A stretch of 63,640 bases of DNA, the filler included, from Octopus bimaculoides (lineage: Eukaryota): NCBI RefSeq assembly GCF_001194135.2. It is 5 parts of 4 records of this genome, joined end to end, with 100 filler letters (N's around TTAATTAATTAA, not from the genome) between each part and the next. Parts side by side here need not be neighbours in the genome. Positions count along the whole stretch, not along the records: positions 42,107 to 51,842 come from NC_069004.1; positions 51,943 to 58,545 come from NC_068982.1; positions 58,646 to 63,640 come from NW_026385201.1; 2 more parts are not named here. One strand, 5' to 3'. This document shows positions 48,874-62,499 of the stretch, in pieces (the stretch's first letter is position 1; every line of letters begins with the position of its first letter). The notes beneath the pieces are model-generated. The model was not told the origin of the DNA and did not search any database. It worked only from the letters and a program-made list of their open reading frames with translations. The position numbers were made by a program, and so were the translations under genes.

Positions 48874-49308
48874 TTGAATTATTAAATTGATTAATAATTT
48901 AATAGTTGTATAAAAGTGCATATAAGAATGATTTTATCTAATTTTCTAATGAACTGTTTGTTTGTTTTCAGGGTACCCTCAGCCTCTCACCCCACTCTTG
49001 ATTCCACATCTTAGTTTGAATACTTCTTATTAATTATAGTTTTATTGAAAATAAATTCTATACTTGTATGTAAAGAAACAGTTTTTCTGATGGCTTGGGT
49101 CCAGTTTGAATGATTGATCAATGATTTAACTTGGTGGATCGACCTTTCCACCCGCGCCTCTGACGCTATGGACCTAGACGGAATATTTATGATAATTAAA
49201 AAACTTAGGTAAAATGAAATAAAAAGAAGTAGATACTTACTAAGGATACAGAAAAATATAATTAGACAAGAAAGTACGGAATCAAGAGCAGAAGTAGGAT
49301 GAGATAAG

Positions 49309-49688
49309 CAGAGTTCCCTCATCGACTTTTTCAAGTTTCAATTGAAAACCAAAGTGAGAGTAGAGGGTGAACTGCCGTCCTCGAATGAATTTACGAAAAG
49401 ATGGGTAAAAGTTGCGAAAATGGCAAGAGTGGATGGTAGCACTGTCAGTGTAGACCTGTGAGTCGGAAGAAGGGAGTTGGAGAGGGCTCTTGTCCTTGGT
49501 ATTCAGGGTAATCTTGGATGATGGAGCTCTTTCATCATCCCTAGAGGTCTTCCTGTATCGGAGGGACTCAATCACTATCACTTATTTCCCTCTTCTAGTG
49601 TCGTATACTATGTACACTTCCCTTCTACTAGTGTATACCATGTATACTTTTTTTTGCTTTTTTATCATTCCATTATATGTAAACCGGT
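49309..49688 (+). mobile_element. L1/Tx1-like retrotransposon extreme 3' fragment (copy A)
   Basis: QSSLIDFFKFQLKTKVRVEGELPSSNEFTKRWVKVAKMARVDGSTVSVDL* is homologous to the C-terminus of copy B. The UTR ends in TGTAAACC. Confidence 0.75.
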
Positions 49689-49689
49689 G

Positions 49690-50735
49690 ACAGGTGTGGT
49701 CGCCGTTCACCAGACACGTTTTTCCGCAGCTAGATTCTCTAACGGAGCTGCAGTCCTGGGTAAAACAGAGACCGACGGGAACAATTGGAAAAGGAAATGT
49801 CTTCAAGCGCTCACAGCCCACAGCCAATCGGACACTTTAGCTTTTATAGAGGATTAGCGGAGGAAAAGTGCGACGACGTTCTTGGGGAGATTTTCGGCGT
49901 CGAAGAAGATCTACTAACCGCTTATTTCTGGAGTATATTCGGCCCGGGACCGATAGATATTTTCCCAAAATCTCTTGCCTAGCAGTGCTACCGGAGAGCT
50001 TTGCCTGTTCGAGATAAACTTTACAGGCACGGAAGTGCCGTCAGCCGGGCATTTCCAAGATGCGCGCAGGATGACGAGACAATCCTGCATGTACTCGTCC
50101 AGTGCCCAAACATTGCTGACCTGTAGATTTATGTCGAACACCTGCTGTCGCGTGTGGGACGGATCTAGCTGTCAATTGAATCCACCGTGAAGATCGCTCC
50201 ACCGCCTTCCTTTAACCGAAAAGGAAAAGCTGTTTTTATATGCCTGGTGGCCATGGCGAAAGAGGTTGTCTGGTGGACGAGATTGAAGGGACTGAACACA
50301 AAGACTTTTCTCTTTGGCCAATCCTTGATGGACTTCTTCAAGTTTCACTTGAAAAGGAACATAAGGGTAAAGAGGAAAGTGTTGTCTTCTAACCAGTTTG
50401 CTGAAAGGTGGATGAAAGTGGCGAGAATGGTGCGGGTGATCGGGCCTGCCCTGAGCATATGCCTGTTATTGAAAACAAGGAAAGGAAAAAAAGGCACCTG
50501 CCGCAAAAGTCAAGGTACCCATGGCTTTTCTATGGGGTTTTTCCATGAGCAACCCTCGAACATCTCCTTCCTATTGAGGATCACACATTGTTGATTTTTA
50601 AAAATTGTGTTGGTCTTGTTTACTCGCAAAATCCTAACAACATACACTCTCACGCATGCACGCACATATTCTTTGTTTTGTTCTGAACTGTCCGTAATGT
50701 TTTTCGTAATGTAAACCTTTATGGTTAATAAATAA
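49690..50735 (+). mobile_element. L1/Tx1-like retrotransposon ORF2 C-terminal fragment with zinc knuckle (copy B)
   Basis: RALPVRDKLYRHG...FPRCAQDDETILHVLVQC (zf-RVT/CCHC-like) and LVAMAKEVVWWTR...DFFKFHLK...RWMKVA, with in-frame stops. The 3' end reads TGTAAACC...AATAAA. Confidence 0.85.
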
Positions 50736-50897
50736 ATCATCATTATTATTATTGCATTTCATCCGTCTTTACGTCCTAAGATCAATTTCTGCCTGGGTCG
50801 AATTTATCTTTCACCCTTTCGGGCTCGATAAAATAAAGTACTGGTTGAACACTAGGGTCGATGTAATCGATTTAACTCCTCCATCGAAAATTGAAAC

Positions 50898-50948
<51 letters not shown>

Positions 50949-51589
50949 CATCGTCGTCGTTGTTGTTGTTGTTGTTGTTGTGATTATTATTATTATCATC
51001 ATTATTATTATTATTATCATTAGTATATTCAGCTTGTTCCTGCTTTACTTCCTGATTCACCCATGTGTCACGCTTACGTCAACAAAGGAAGCTATATCTC
51101 GAAATTAAAATTATATATACAGGAGAGGATGGGAGAAAGAAAGAAACGAAACGAAACGGGCATAATTGAATCAGTGAATAGAAGGGAAAACACGCAAGAG
51201 AGAGAGGGGGAGAGAGAGGGGGAGTTCTATTTTATCAGAGAGAGTGAGGGAAAGGGAGGAGATCTATATTATTCTGCATTTGCGTGTTAAAATCGCCGGC
51301 ACAATCGAAATATTTGACATAATGAAACAATGTCATTAAGATCTATAACTTTACATTTTAACAGATATATCGATGGATAGTTGAATTAAAATAAAATAAC
51401 CTTAGTAAATAGCTTTGGAAGTTACACTCTTATCTTTTACGTCAACCAAAGCAAAATATGTGGCCATTCAGGGGCACTGCTAATATTAATTCTTTTTGTT
51501 TTGCTTTGTTATTAGGTTTAAGCGCTTGTCGGTACTATCAAAGTGAACACATTGGCAAAAAGGAAAGTAGATACGATATTTAGAAAGAC

Positions 51590-51842
51590 AAACAGGCAGA
51601 CAGGCAGGCAAGCAGGCAGGCTGGCTGGCAAACTGTCAGGCAGGCAAGCAGAGAAGCGGGTAGGCAGGCTGGCAGGCAGGTAAGCAAGCAGGTAGTCAGG
51701 TTACCAGGCTGGCAGGTAGTCAGACAGGCAGGCAGACAGGCAGGCAAGCAGGCAGGCTGGCTGGCAAACTGTCAGGCAGGCAAGCAGAGAAGCGGGTAGG
51801 CAGGCTGGCAGGCAGGTAAGCAAGCAGGTAGTCAGGTTACCA
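51590..51842. repeat. Degenerate (CAGG)n/(CCTG)n array with a 136-bp higher-order duplication
   Basis: CTGGCTGGCAAACTG... starts at both 51621 and 51757; the array abuts a gap. Confidence 0.9.
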
Positions 51843-52320
51843 NNNNNNNNNNNNNNNNNNNNNNNNNNNNNNNNNNNNNNNNNNNNTTAATTAATTAANN
51901 NNNNNNNNNNNNNNNNNNNNNNNNNNNNNNNNNNNNNNNNNNATATATATATATATATATATAGTATCATATATATCAATACATCCAAGTACATAGAGTT
52001 GTAAATGAAAGCACGCACACACATACACACAGAAACGGATTTTAACTGCTGTCTTTTATTATACTGCTGATTATGTTAATTATATTAAAACCGAATTCTT
52101 AATACATCGATGCTACACATGCTTATAGGAAAATAGTTACTTTCAAATATATGCATTTCCATGTGAATATATGCATTCACTTACAATCACTTATTCCTTG
52201 GTGCATAGATCCCTATGAGTATGCATGTTAAGTGTGTTTATAGACATAGTTTGTATATGTATATGTATGCATGTGTGTATGTGTATATATTCAGTTATTT
52301 CTCTATATGTTACCTACGCA

Positions 52321-52368
<48 letters not shown>

Positions 52369-53074
52369 CTAAACATAAATTTGCCTGTGTACGCGCCAAC
52401 ACATACACACGCGTATCCGGTGACAGATAAAGATAGATTTATTGATATCTAGGTAGCTACATCGATATATAGACAGTTAAACATCAATATGTACAGCGAT
52501 GGGTAGGTAGATATATAGTGAGATACATAGCTTGACAGATATACAGGCAGATAATAACATAAATATACACATTGATATGGAGATATATGCTTACATAGAA
52601 AGACAGATAAAAATAGATAAACTTATAGGTAGATAAATTAATAGATTGGTAGAAAAATACACAGAAAGATTGATACATAGATAGAGAGAAAGAAATATAT
52701 GCGCATATTATCGATAACAGAATTTAGTTATGCTATTCATAGTTATATATATTTCCATATTCAAAACCGACTCATATGAATTTCATAGCACACTATTAAC
52801 ACATTCTGGTGAAGAGTAATTTAATGTATATTTAATGAAGGAATTTCCTAAACACATTCATACATACATGCATACATACGTACATATCGATACATACACT
52901 TGTAGACATACATAATTTCATACTCACTCGCAAGCTCGCGCACACACACTTATACACTCGCATACAGAAAAAAATATATTCTTATGTAAAATGCATTGAT
53001 AAATACATACACATAAAAACACACAGATATATACATAGGCTTATATGATAGATACATATGTTTCTCTCTGTCTC

Positions 53075-53107
<33 letters not shown>

Positions 53108-54027
53108 GTATGCGTGTGCGTGCACGCGCTCATATACATACATACAAGCGTACATGCATGTATATGTTTGTGTGTGTGTGTGTGTGTGTATATGTGTAGA
53201 TATATATATATGTATATATATATAATGTATGTATATATGGGTGTGTGTGTGGATGTATAAATTGATAGGTAGATAAGTAAATGTATTTATATAATTACAC
53301 ACACATACAGACACATATACGAAGAGAAATAGAGTAAAATATATAATCAGAGACAGAGAGAGTGAGAGAGGGAGAGAAAGTGAGATAGTGTGACTGAGGG
53401 AGAGAGAGTGATAAGGATGGAGAGTGACATGAAATTAATATTCAAAAAGATAGTAAGAAAATCAGTAAAAAAAAATACTGACAGAGATGCATAGATGTCT
53501 TTCATAAAGAGACAGCAAGACAGACATAAATAGATTGGCGATTAATTCCTGAACACACAAGCGTATGCAATTATGAAGTCTCCGACTATCTCATCAGACC
53601 TGAAACGATCCATTATTTGTCCGTCTCCGAAAGTTTGCTCTTTAATAAACCACTCCTAGTAACTTCAAAGCCGATACTGAGACAGTACACAACAACTTTA
53701 TCAGCTATTTAATGCTCATATTAAAAGCACGACTTATTATCTTTCATCATTTAATTTTCTTTCAAACTTCTTCGGACACATTTCTAATATAATTTGCAAT
53801 TTCAATCGCGTTTTCTTGTTTGACGTATGTCAGGGGAATGTTTACGCTAAATTCTCCATTGACCTAAACTCGATATTTCATAAACGTATTTTTGTTTTTG
53901 CTAGCTGGCGATTTCAGATTGTCTTCTTGAAGTAAAGTACGACACACCTATCCTCCTTCTGTCATAATAACCAATAAGCCATGAATTTCGCTGACTTAAA
54001 TTCAACTTAGACTCACATACATACATG

Positions 54028-54123
<96 letters not shown>

Positions 54124-55788
54124 TACAGATTGATAAAGAAGGAAGGGGAGAGACTGAGAGAGAGTAGGTGCAGAGAAAAAGAGCTATTGTGCATAATGTA
54201 GAATATAAAATATTTATTTTTGGTACTGGAACAAATTGTATAATAAAAAACTTGACCTTTCCCTGGTCGGTGAAATCCATCACCGTGCATTCAGCCGTAC
54301 TGAGATTGTAGTGAAATGTATGAGAGTTGTTATCTAGTATCTCAAATCAGCAAAAAGCAGTAGTGAAAAAGTGATCCATGTGTGTTCATAGACACTCAAG
54401 ATTTCTCGGTTTGCCAGTATATAACATGAAAATATTCGCATCGTAATTACGAACAATAATTAGCTCTGGAGGAAAAGCGTTTTTCTGGGAGTTTCGTAAG
54501 CGTTCCGGGTACTCTGAGGCTGACCCCACTAGCGTCCTGCTGAAAAGCTTGCCACTGTGTGATATAAGAAAACACATGTGTCTACAAGAAATTTCTTAAG
54601 ACCCAATATTTGAAATGAAAGACTGAACATGTTGCTTATTCTGATTCCCATGGCTAAGGCACGATATCGGTTATAAGAAGTGAATTTTAAATGAATAATT
54701 TCAAAGGGGATGTGGCTCTAGACAAGCTTCGTTGAAACAGTAGATACTAGCAAATTAGAACAAGTAAAACACAGATATATAGATACAGGAATAGATAGAA
54801 GCAAGGAAACAGAATGGAAGTATGTATTGTATTTCTAACTGTAAAAGATTTCATTCTTATCAGATTTGATGAGGTTCTGAAGATCGGTCTCTACGGTACC
54901 AACTTAGATATAGGAGAAGCAAGCCATTCCTTTGTAAGGAGTTTAATACTTTTCAACTGAATTTTGGTGAGTTAGTTGATTACCTTAAACCCGAAAAGAA
55001 GATATGCAAAGTAGACCATGGCGGATTTTGATGTCAGAATTTAAAGACCGACGAAATGATTTTGTCCCGCATGCTATTAATTCCGCCACCTCGCCGTCTA
55101 GAGCTTGCTTTTAATAACATATGAATTTGGTTGTTGATCTGAAAGTCGGATAGCGATTGACATTTTAAGGGAATAAACATTCCCTTACAATGTATGTTAA
55201 CTCAAAAAGGAAAAGACCATATAAGCTTCATGAATTAAATTTTCAGTCTAGATTTATCCCATGCAGCCAAAAGCGTGACATTGATGTATATCTATAATTT
55301 TCTTGTTTCTCTTGGAAGCTTTTGGTTTTTCTTAAAGTGTAGCAAAGATTAGAGATTTCTGATTTGACATGATTATTTATGATGGGAGAAATTAATTGTT
55401 TTTGTTAAATATATTCTGATAAAACGTTTAGTGATCACCTTATTCCATGTAAGACAGTAATTATTTCTGGAATCATTACATACTAATCGCGACTACGTTC
55501 ATTACCTTCGGAAATGAGTGGCTTCACAAGATCAGACAGTCTTTTCCACACGTTTTATTTTGTCTCAGTCACAGAACATACGCAGTAATTCTTGGACATG
55601 ACGTTAAATTTATCAATTGTATAAATTTACAACTGATAAAAAGAAAAAAAAAAGAAAAATTCAATCAGCTTTTAATTGCACAACTAACTAATCAAACCAT
55701 CCTAAATTATGAAAACAATTTAAAATACTTTAGAAATATAGCTTTGAGCTTATATGCTATTTATGTTAACTATCTCATTTGTGCGTGC

Positions 55789-55827
<39 letters not shown>

Positions 55828-56423
55828 TCTGAATGTATGTATGCTTAAACATACTCTATTAAAATATTCTACGGTTGATTGTAAGGGGTAAGTAATATTC
55901 TATATATTAAGAGAGTTGAATGGATACACACAATAAGTAATTAGTGTTGATACATTATATATGTGTGTTTGTGTGTATGTGTGTGCGTGTAAAATTAAAA
56001 CATATTTTACAAGTAGCGATAGTGTGGACATAGTTGTCAAAAGATATAAATTTAGATAGCATGAGGATAATTACTATAGACGATGGGAACACAATCTAAT
56101 TGTACCTTCTGTATACAAGAAGGAACACGAAGATAGATATTTTCTGTTATGTATTTCAAGACTAAGAGAACTGGAGAAGGTATTTATATTCTCTGGAATT
56201 TGAATAACTATAGGCTTTAGTAAATAGTGCATACATTTCAAAATTATACTGGAGTTTTGTTTATTAAGATGATGTAAGTGTGTGTTATAGATATACATAC
56301 ATGCATACATATATACAAACATATATGCATGTATATATGCATGTAATGTAATATAAAATTTGATATTATTTTATTTATATGTGCGTATATATATATATAT
56401 ATGTGTGTGTATGTATGTATTTA

Positions 56424-56457
<34 letters not shown>

Positions 56458-56964
56458 NNNNNNNNNNNNNNNNNNNNNNNNNNNNNNNNNNNNNNNNNNN
56501 NNNNNNNNNNNNNNNNNNNNNNNNNNNNNNNNNNNNNNNNNNNNNNNNNNNNNNNNNNNNNNNNNNNNNNNNNNNNNNNNNNNNNNNNNNNNNNNNNNNN
56601 NNNNNNNNNNNNNNNNNNNNNNNNNNNNNNNNNNNNNNNNNNNNNNNNNNNNNNNNNNNNNNNNNNNNNNNNNNNNNNNNNNNNNATATATATATATATA
56701 TAAGTATTAAGATAACTGCTCTAAGTTTTGAATGTAATCCAACAAATTTTAAGGCCAAAATTTCTTAAGAAAGTCCAGAATGCCCTTAGGTGAACAAAGT
56801 TTCTATTTGAGCAGTGGAAAATAAAAGAATTAATGAAGCCAGCTTAGTGTTAGATTATTTAGCATTCCTTTAAGGAATACATAAAAATACTCGTTTTTAT
56901 CCTAGTTCGTCATTACAAACGTAGTGCGAATCTGCTTCGTGATCTGGAAGCTACTATGATACTC

Positions 56965-57140
56965 TCGCCTCCGTACCTGGCAGATTGTCGAGGGCAATAT
57001 GAAAGAAAAATATCCTTCCATCAACTCATGTATTCGAACATACTGTAGCGAAATTAGCCAACATCATAACAGACTGTGTCATTTATTCTAAAATAGACGC
57101 AAAATATTTCCCATGTAGAAATCTCGCTGGAAACAGCCTA
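56965..57140 (+). mobile_element. Short decayed Ty3/Gypsy-like reverse transcriptase fragment
   Basis: Pieces LRT.xD, LSRAI, EKYP, EHTVAKLA and VIYSKIDAK occur in order, resembling LRxCxD..LNxAI.RExYP.P...xLAxL...xFSKLDAK. Frameshifts are needed. Confidence 0.45.
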
Positions 57141-57657
57141 ACCATAGAGAAAACCAACAAACCTGGAACATGTAAGGTGAAAATTTAATATTTCATATAT
57201 AAATTTAGGAGTTTAATTTTCTTTTTTGCTGCTAACAAGCACCCAAGGAATTGACCAACCGATTTTCTTAACGGTACTTGTCATCTTAAATAGCTAAAGA
57301 ATACGTAGTATAATACCGTTCGGTATACATAGTCCTTAAAAGATGTGAGGACCAAGGTCAGAACAATTTCAGAAACGAGCAATGCATGCATAGCTTAGCC
57401 GTGAATAACAATAAGAACAACCACAACCACAACAAAAACAACAATGACTATAATACATAAAGAACAAGAAGAAATTCATCAAAATATTCTCTTACAATCT
57501 CGTCCCGATTTCAATGATCTTCTTTGTATACACACTCTCTCTTTCTATCTCTCTCTCACTATCTCTGTCTCTCTCAACCTCTCTTTTTCTCTCACTCTCT
57601 CTCATACACACACAAACATGCACACGTTTGTGTGAGTGTATGTTTACATAAAAATCC

Positions 57658-57699
<42 letters not shown>

Positions 57700-59713
57700 T
57701 AGAAGGAGAGAGACACAGTTTATTACAAAAATATACGCAACTTAGACTATACATCAACAGAATAGCAATGGTGATAGTAGCAACGACAAGAACAATTACG
57801 AAAATGGAAATTTTAATATAATTGAAATTAAGTCACAAACAATCGAGCAAAGATAAAAGGGTTCATTGCAAAGAAAGTGACCTACACACCGATACCAATG
57901 TATATATATATATATATATATATACAAATATACATACATATATACATACATACACAGAGATAGATAGATAGATAGATAAAAACACACGCACACACATATA
58001 TGTTTGTACTTATGTATAGGACCGCTTACATACCATACCTATATACGTAGAAATGTTATTCTCAATATATACTAGTGAATTTCAAAAGTTATTGTTTATA
58101 GCAGCGGTCTATTGTTTTCGCCTACAATAAAACTAATTGTTTTAGTTGCAGTCGTATCAAATACACCAGGAAAAATTGTATTTGAATATATAGTTCATTC
58201 AGTGACAATCAACACACAATGTTGGCTCTTTATGTCTTTTATTATATCTTTGTTTTATAATTTCGTTACTCTTTTTGTATTTTGCTTTCGTATCCGTTCA
58301 ATATTAATTTGCTTTTATTTTGTATTTCATTTTTTATGTTCACCTTAATATACTGTTCTTTTTTTCTTCACTCTTTGTAGAATATACATTATTGGTAAGT
58401 AGGTTTGTTATATATATAAAAGTGTATATAGAGACTCATTATCATTATACACGTTTGTGTGTTTGTGTGTGTCACTGTGTGTATACATACATATATACAC
58501 ACACATGTATATATATATGTATGTATATATATATATACATATATANNNNNNNNNNNNNNNNNNNNNNNNNNNNNNNNNNNNNNNNNNNNTTAATTAATTA
58601 ANNNNNNNNNNNNNNNNNNNNNNNNNNNNNNNNNNNNNNNNNNNNGTGAGAGGCCCTTTGTCACCAGCAGAGGTAAGAGCTCTCTAAACTTTGCCTGTGT
58701 TTAATATATTATAATAATGAAACTGAACTTATTTTTTTCAGTTAACATTAAACGGTATCACTATAATAAGACACTCAAGCTGTAACCATAATAACCCTTC
58801 AGGGTGAAGTGAATCCTCTTTCTACTGGCACTTCTTTTTATATATAGCACTGCACTGCATGCTATGGTGCAATATCTTATTTGTTTATTAAAGAAATTTT
58901 ATATGATTTATTAATAGAAAATAATTGCTTAAATATCTAATACATAAAATATCATTTTGAACTCACAATTCTAAGTTTAATTGAAAAATTATTTATAAAA
59001 ATCTGTGGCATTATATTGGGGTTGAAAGAATGAAGCGTACAATATTGAATATGCTAAGACTACATCTGTATTGAAAATCTGAAAATAATAGTAACTTTTA
59101 AACATTTACCAGTTTTTAGGAAACTTTTGAGTTAACAGAAGTTAAATGTAACAGAAGTTAATTAGTCCAGTAATGAATTCCAAAATTAAATTAAAAGTTA
59201 AATCGTTAACAAAAATGTTAAATTTGTTAATTAACAATTAATGGATTAATTGTTTGTTGCCCAGGTTTGAAAACAACTGTGTGTGTATGTGTGCAATATA
59301 TATANNNNNNNNNNGTGTGTGTGTGTGTGTAGATAATATATACGTACATATATACATGCAAGTCTGATGAAGTACCACTCTAATGTCTAAAACTGCAAAC
59401 ATTATGTAAATTTTCCCTTTGAACTTTTGTGTAAGCTGGTGTTGCAAACAGAGTTGGCACAGAAACAATTGTCATGAATCATTAAAAAATATATTAAAGA
59501 ATTTCTTTGCGTTATTGTTTGGATTACATACATAGATACATGATGATGGCTGTCCACTCGTGACCGAGGAAGACCATTGTCAACCTTCAGGAACATTGTG
59601 CGCTCTAGGACTAACTTATATTTTGCATTTNNNNNNNNNNGAACATTGTGCGCTCTAGGACTAACTTATATTTTGCATTTGTGGCTCCATACATACATAC
59701 ATACATACATACA

Positions 59714-59895
59714 TATGTTATGATTTAGAACAAATAGTAAAAGATTGTTATTATAGTACTCAGAGTTTCGAATGTTGGAGTGAAGAGCTACAATGCATTA
59801 GTTTACAAGAATGTATTGTAGCTCTTCGCTCTGGCATTTGAAACTCTGAGTACTATCAGGATAACCTTTTAATGTTTGTTCTAATTTATAACATA
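59714..59895. repeat. 182-bp inverted repeat (86-bp arms, 10-nt loop)
   Basis: Inner arms 59753-59799 and 59810-59856 pair over 47 bp; the outer arms pair imperfectly. Confidence 0.95.
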
Positions 59896-60059
59896 AATAA
59901 TCCTGTATTTCTCTAATATCAAGGTCTCATTCTTTTGTTGTTACATTTTTTATTATTATTATATATTAATATATGTATTTATATTTATGTATGTGTATGT
60001 GTGTGAGTGTATGTCTATGTGTATGTTTATAACTGTGTGAGCATAGATGTGTTTTTGTC

Positions 60060-60310
60060 TCCTAGGTTTGAGATTGCACAGTAGTTGTAAATGAGTGTCC
60101 CTGTCATACAAACAGTGTCCTTCATTCCCAGTTGTCTGGGAGAACATATCCAGCCATGGGGAAATATTATCTTGCTTTGAAACAGGTAAGGGTTGGTGAC
60201 AGGAAGAGCATCCAGCTGCAGCAAATCAGCAAATCTTTCTCAGATAATTCTGTCTGACCCACACAAGCTAGGAAAAATGTATATTGAAATGATGATGATG
60301 ATGATGGTAA
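60060..60310 (+). mobile_element. Retroposon 3' fragment with GGTTGG.GACAGGAAG.GCATCC motif (inverted related piece at 60770-60960)
   Basis: The motif is shared in inverted form with ggatgcccttcctaatgcc at about 60880. It resembles RTE-type LINE/SINE tails; family assignment is by recall. Confidence 0.5.
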
Positions 60311-62499
60311 TGAGCTTACAAGATTGTGTGATTAAGGAGCTTGTTTTGCAATCTCATGGCCCCAATTTCAGGGGCAAAGAACTCAGAAAAGTCATGAGTT
60401 TCATTCATCATTTTGATACGTAGCTTCCTACAGAAAAAACCCCAATGGAATGAGTTTTTTCCTTCTCTTACCCCAGTTTTTGAAAGTCACTAATACTGCT
60501 TTTTCTATTAAACCTTTTAATATTTGCCTGTGTGAAACTGTTACTTGTCTTGTGACATAAAATTCCTCTTTTAAAGTGATTAAGACTCTTCATCAAAACT
60601 TGAAACCAATTCCTATTTCACGTATCTGTTTAACAATGACACAAAAATAAAAACAAAACCTTTGTTGGCTTTTAGTCACATGTATTGGAATAGAAATAAT
60701 TAGAATTGCGAAGAATTTGTATTGCTTATCATTAGATATACACCATCACACCACCACAATCATCATCGTTGTTTAATGCCAGTTTCCCATGTTGGCATGG
60801 GTTGGATAGTTTGACAAGAGGTGGCAAGGCCAGGAGTTGTATAAGGCTCCATTGTCTGTTTTGGTTGGTTTCTACAGCTGGATGCCCTTCCTAATGCCTA
60901 CCATTTTACATAGTGTACCTCATGCTTTTTTATGCGGCACCATCATGGGTACTTCTCACATGGTACCAACACTAACAGTGTCACCAAGTACCTTGCAAAA
61001 CAAAGAAAAAGAAAAGAAATATATTATCTTTCCTTTGCCTCAGCCTTTGAATTTTTAGTCAAATGAATTTTTTAAAACCTGGTACTTATTCTATCGATCT
61101 CTTTTGCTGAACCACTATGTTGTAACTATAGAAGATGTTTGGACTGGATTAAAATGATGATGATGATGATGATAATGACAATGACGATGATGGTGATGGT
61201 GGTGGTGATAGTGGTGGAAGTGGTGGTGATGATGATGGTTGTAATGATGGTTGTGATGATGATGATGATGATNNNNNNNNNNNNNNNNNNNNNNNNNNNN
61301 NNNNNNNNNNNNNNNNNNNNNNNNNNNNNNNNNNNNNNNNNNNNNNNNNNNNNNNNNNNNNNNNNNNNNNNNNNNNNNNNNNNNNNNNNNNNNNNNNNNN
61401 NNNNNNCACCATGCAATTGTTGTTAATGATTGTCATCATGACACAAGTGGTGTTCTGAGTATCATATCATAGAAGACAATGACCTCATTGAAGGAGGATG
61501 AAAGGGGATTTATGCTCTTGATTCAGGAGCTGATATAATTGTACCTAATCATCATCATCGTTTAANNNNNNNNNNNNNNNNNNNNNNNNNNNNNNNNNNN
61601 NNNNNNNNNNNNNNNNNNNNNNNNNNNNNNNNNNNNNNNNNNNNNNNNNNNNNNNNNNNNNNNNNNNNNNNNNNNNNNNNNNNNNNNNNNNNNNNNNNNN
61701 NNNNNNNNNNNNNNNNNNNNNNNNNNNNNNNNNNNNNNNNNNNNNNNNNNNNNNNNNNNNNNNNNNNNNNNCAGGCAGTACTGGCAACGGCCACGCTCAA
61801 AATGGTGTATTTTACGTGCCATCTGCAGAGGAGCCAGTCCAGTGGCACTGGCAACGACCTCGCTCGAATGCTTTTTTTTTTNNNNNNNNNNTTTTTTTTT
61901 TGCTGTTACAAAGAACAACTTGAATTTCAGTATAATGAATGATCACATTCAACTGAAGCTTTGACCATTTATTGCAGTACACCCAATATTATTTTCTACT
62001 CTAGGCACAGGGCCTGAAATTGTTGTGGAGAGGGCCAGTCGATTAGAACGACCCCACTATGCAACTGGTACTTAATTTATTGACCCCAAAATGATGAAAG
62101 GCAAAGTNNNNNNNNNNNNNNNNNNNNNNNNNNNNNNNNNNNNNNNNNNNNNNNNNNNNNNNNNNNNNNNNNNNNNNNNNNNNNNNNNNNNNNNNNNNNN
62201 NNNNNNNNNNNNNNNNNNNNNNNNNNNNNNNNNNNNNNNNNNNNNNNNNNNNNNNNNNNNNNNNNNNNNNNNNNNNNNNNNNNNNNNNNNNNNNNNNNNN
62301 NNNNNNAATTTGAACTCAGAACGTAGCGGCAGACGAAATACCGCTAAGCATTTCACACAGCGTGCTAACGTTTCACTTTTGACATGTAATACTGAAATAG
62401 TGTAAGAGATAAGAGATTGNNNNNNNNNNTTTCACTTTTGACATGTAATACTGAAATAGTGTAAGAGATAAGAGATTGCCATAGGCTTGCATTAGGTAA

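Noticed and set aside
49100-49190. SEARVERSIHQVKSLI resembling an integrase or hAT C-terminal motif
   Set aside because: Too short and ambiguous between families.
53585-53635. CTGATGA on the minus strand
   Set aside because: No GAAA or stem II partner.
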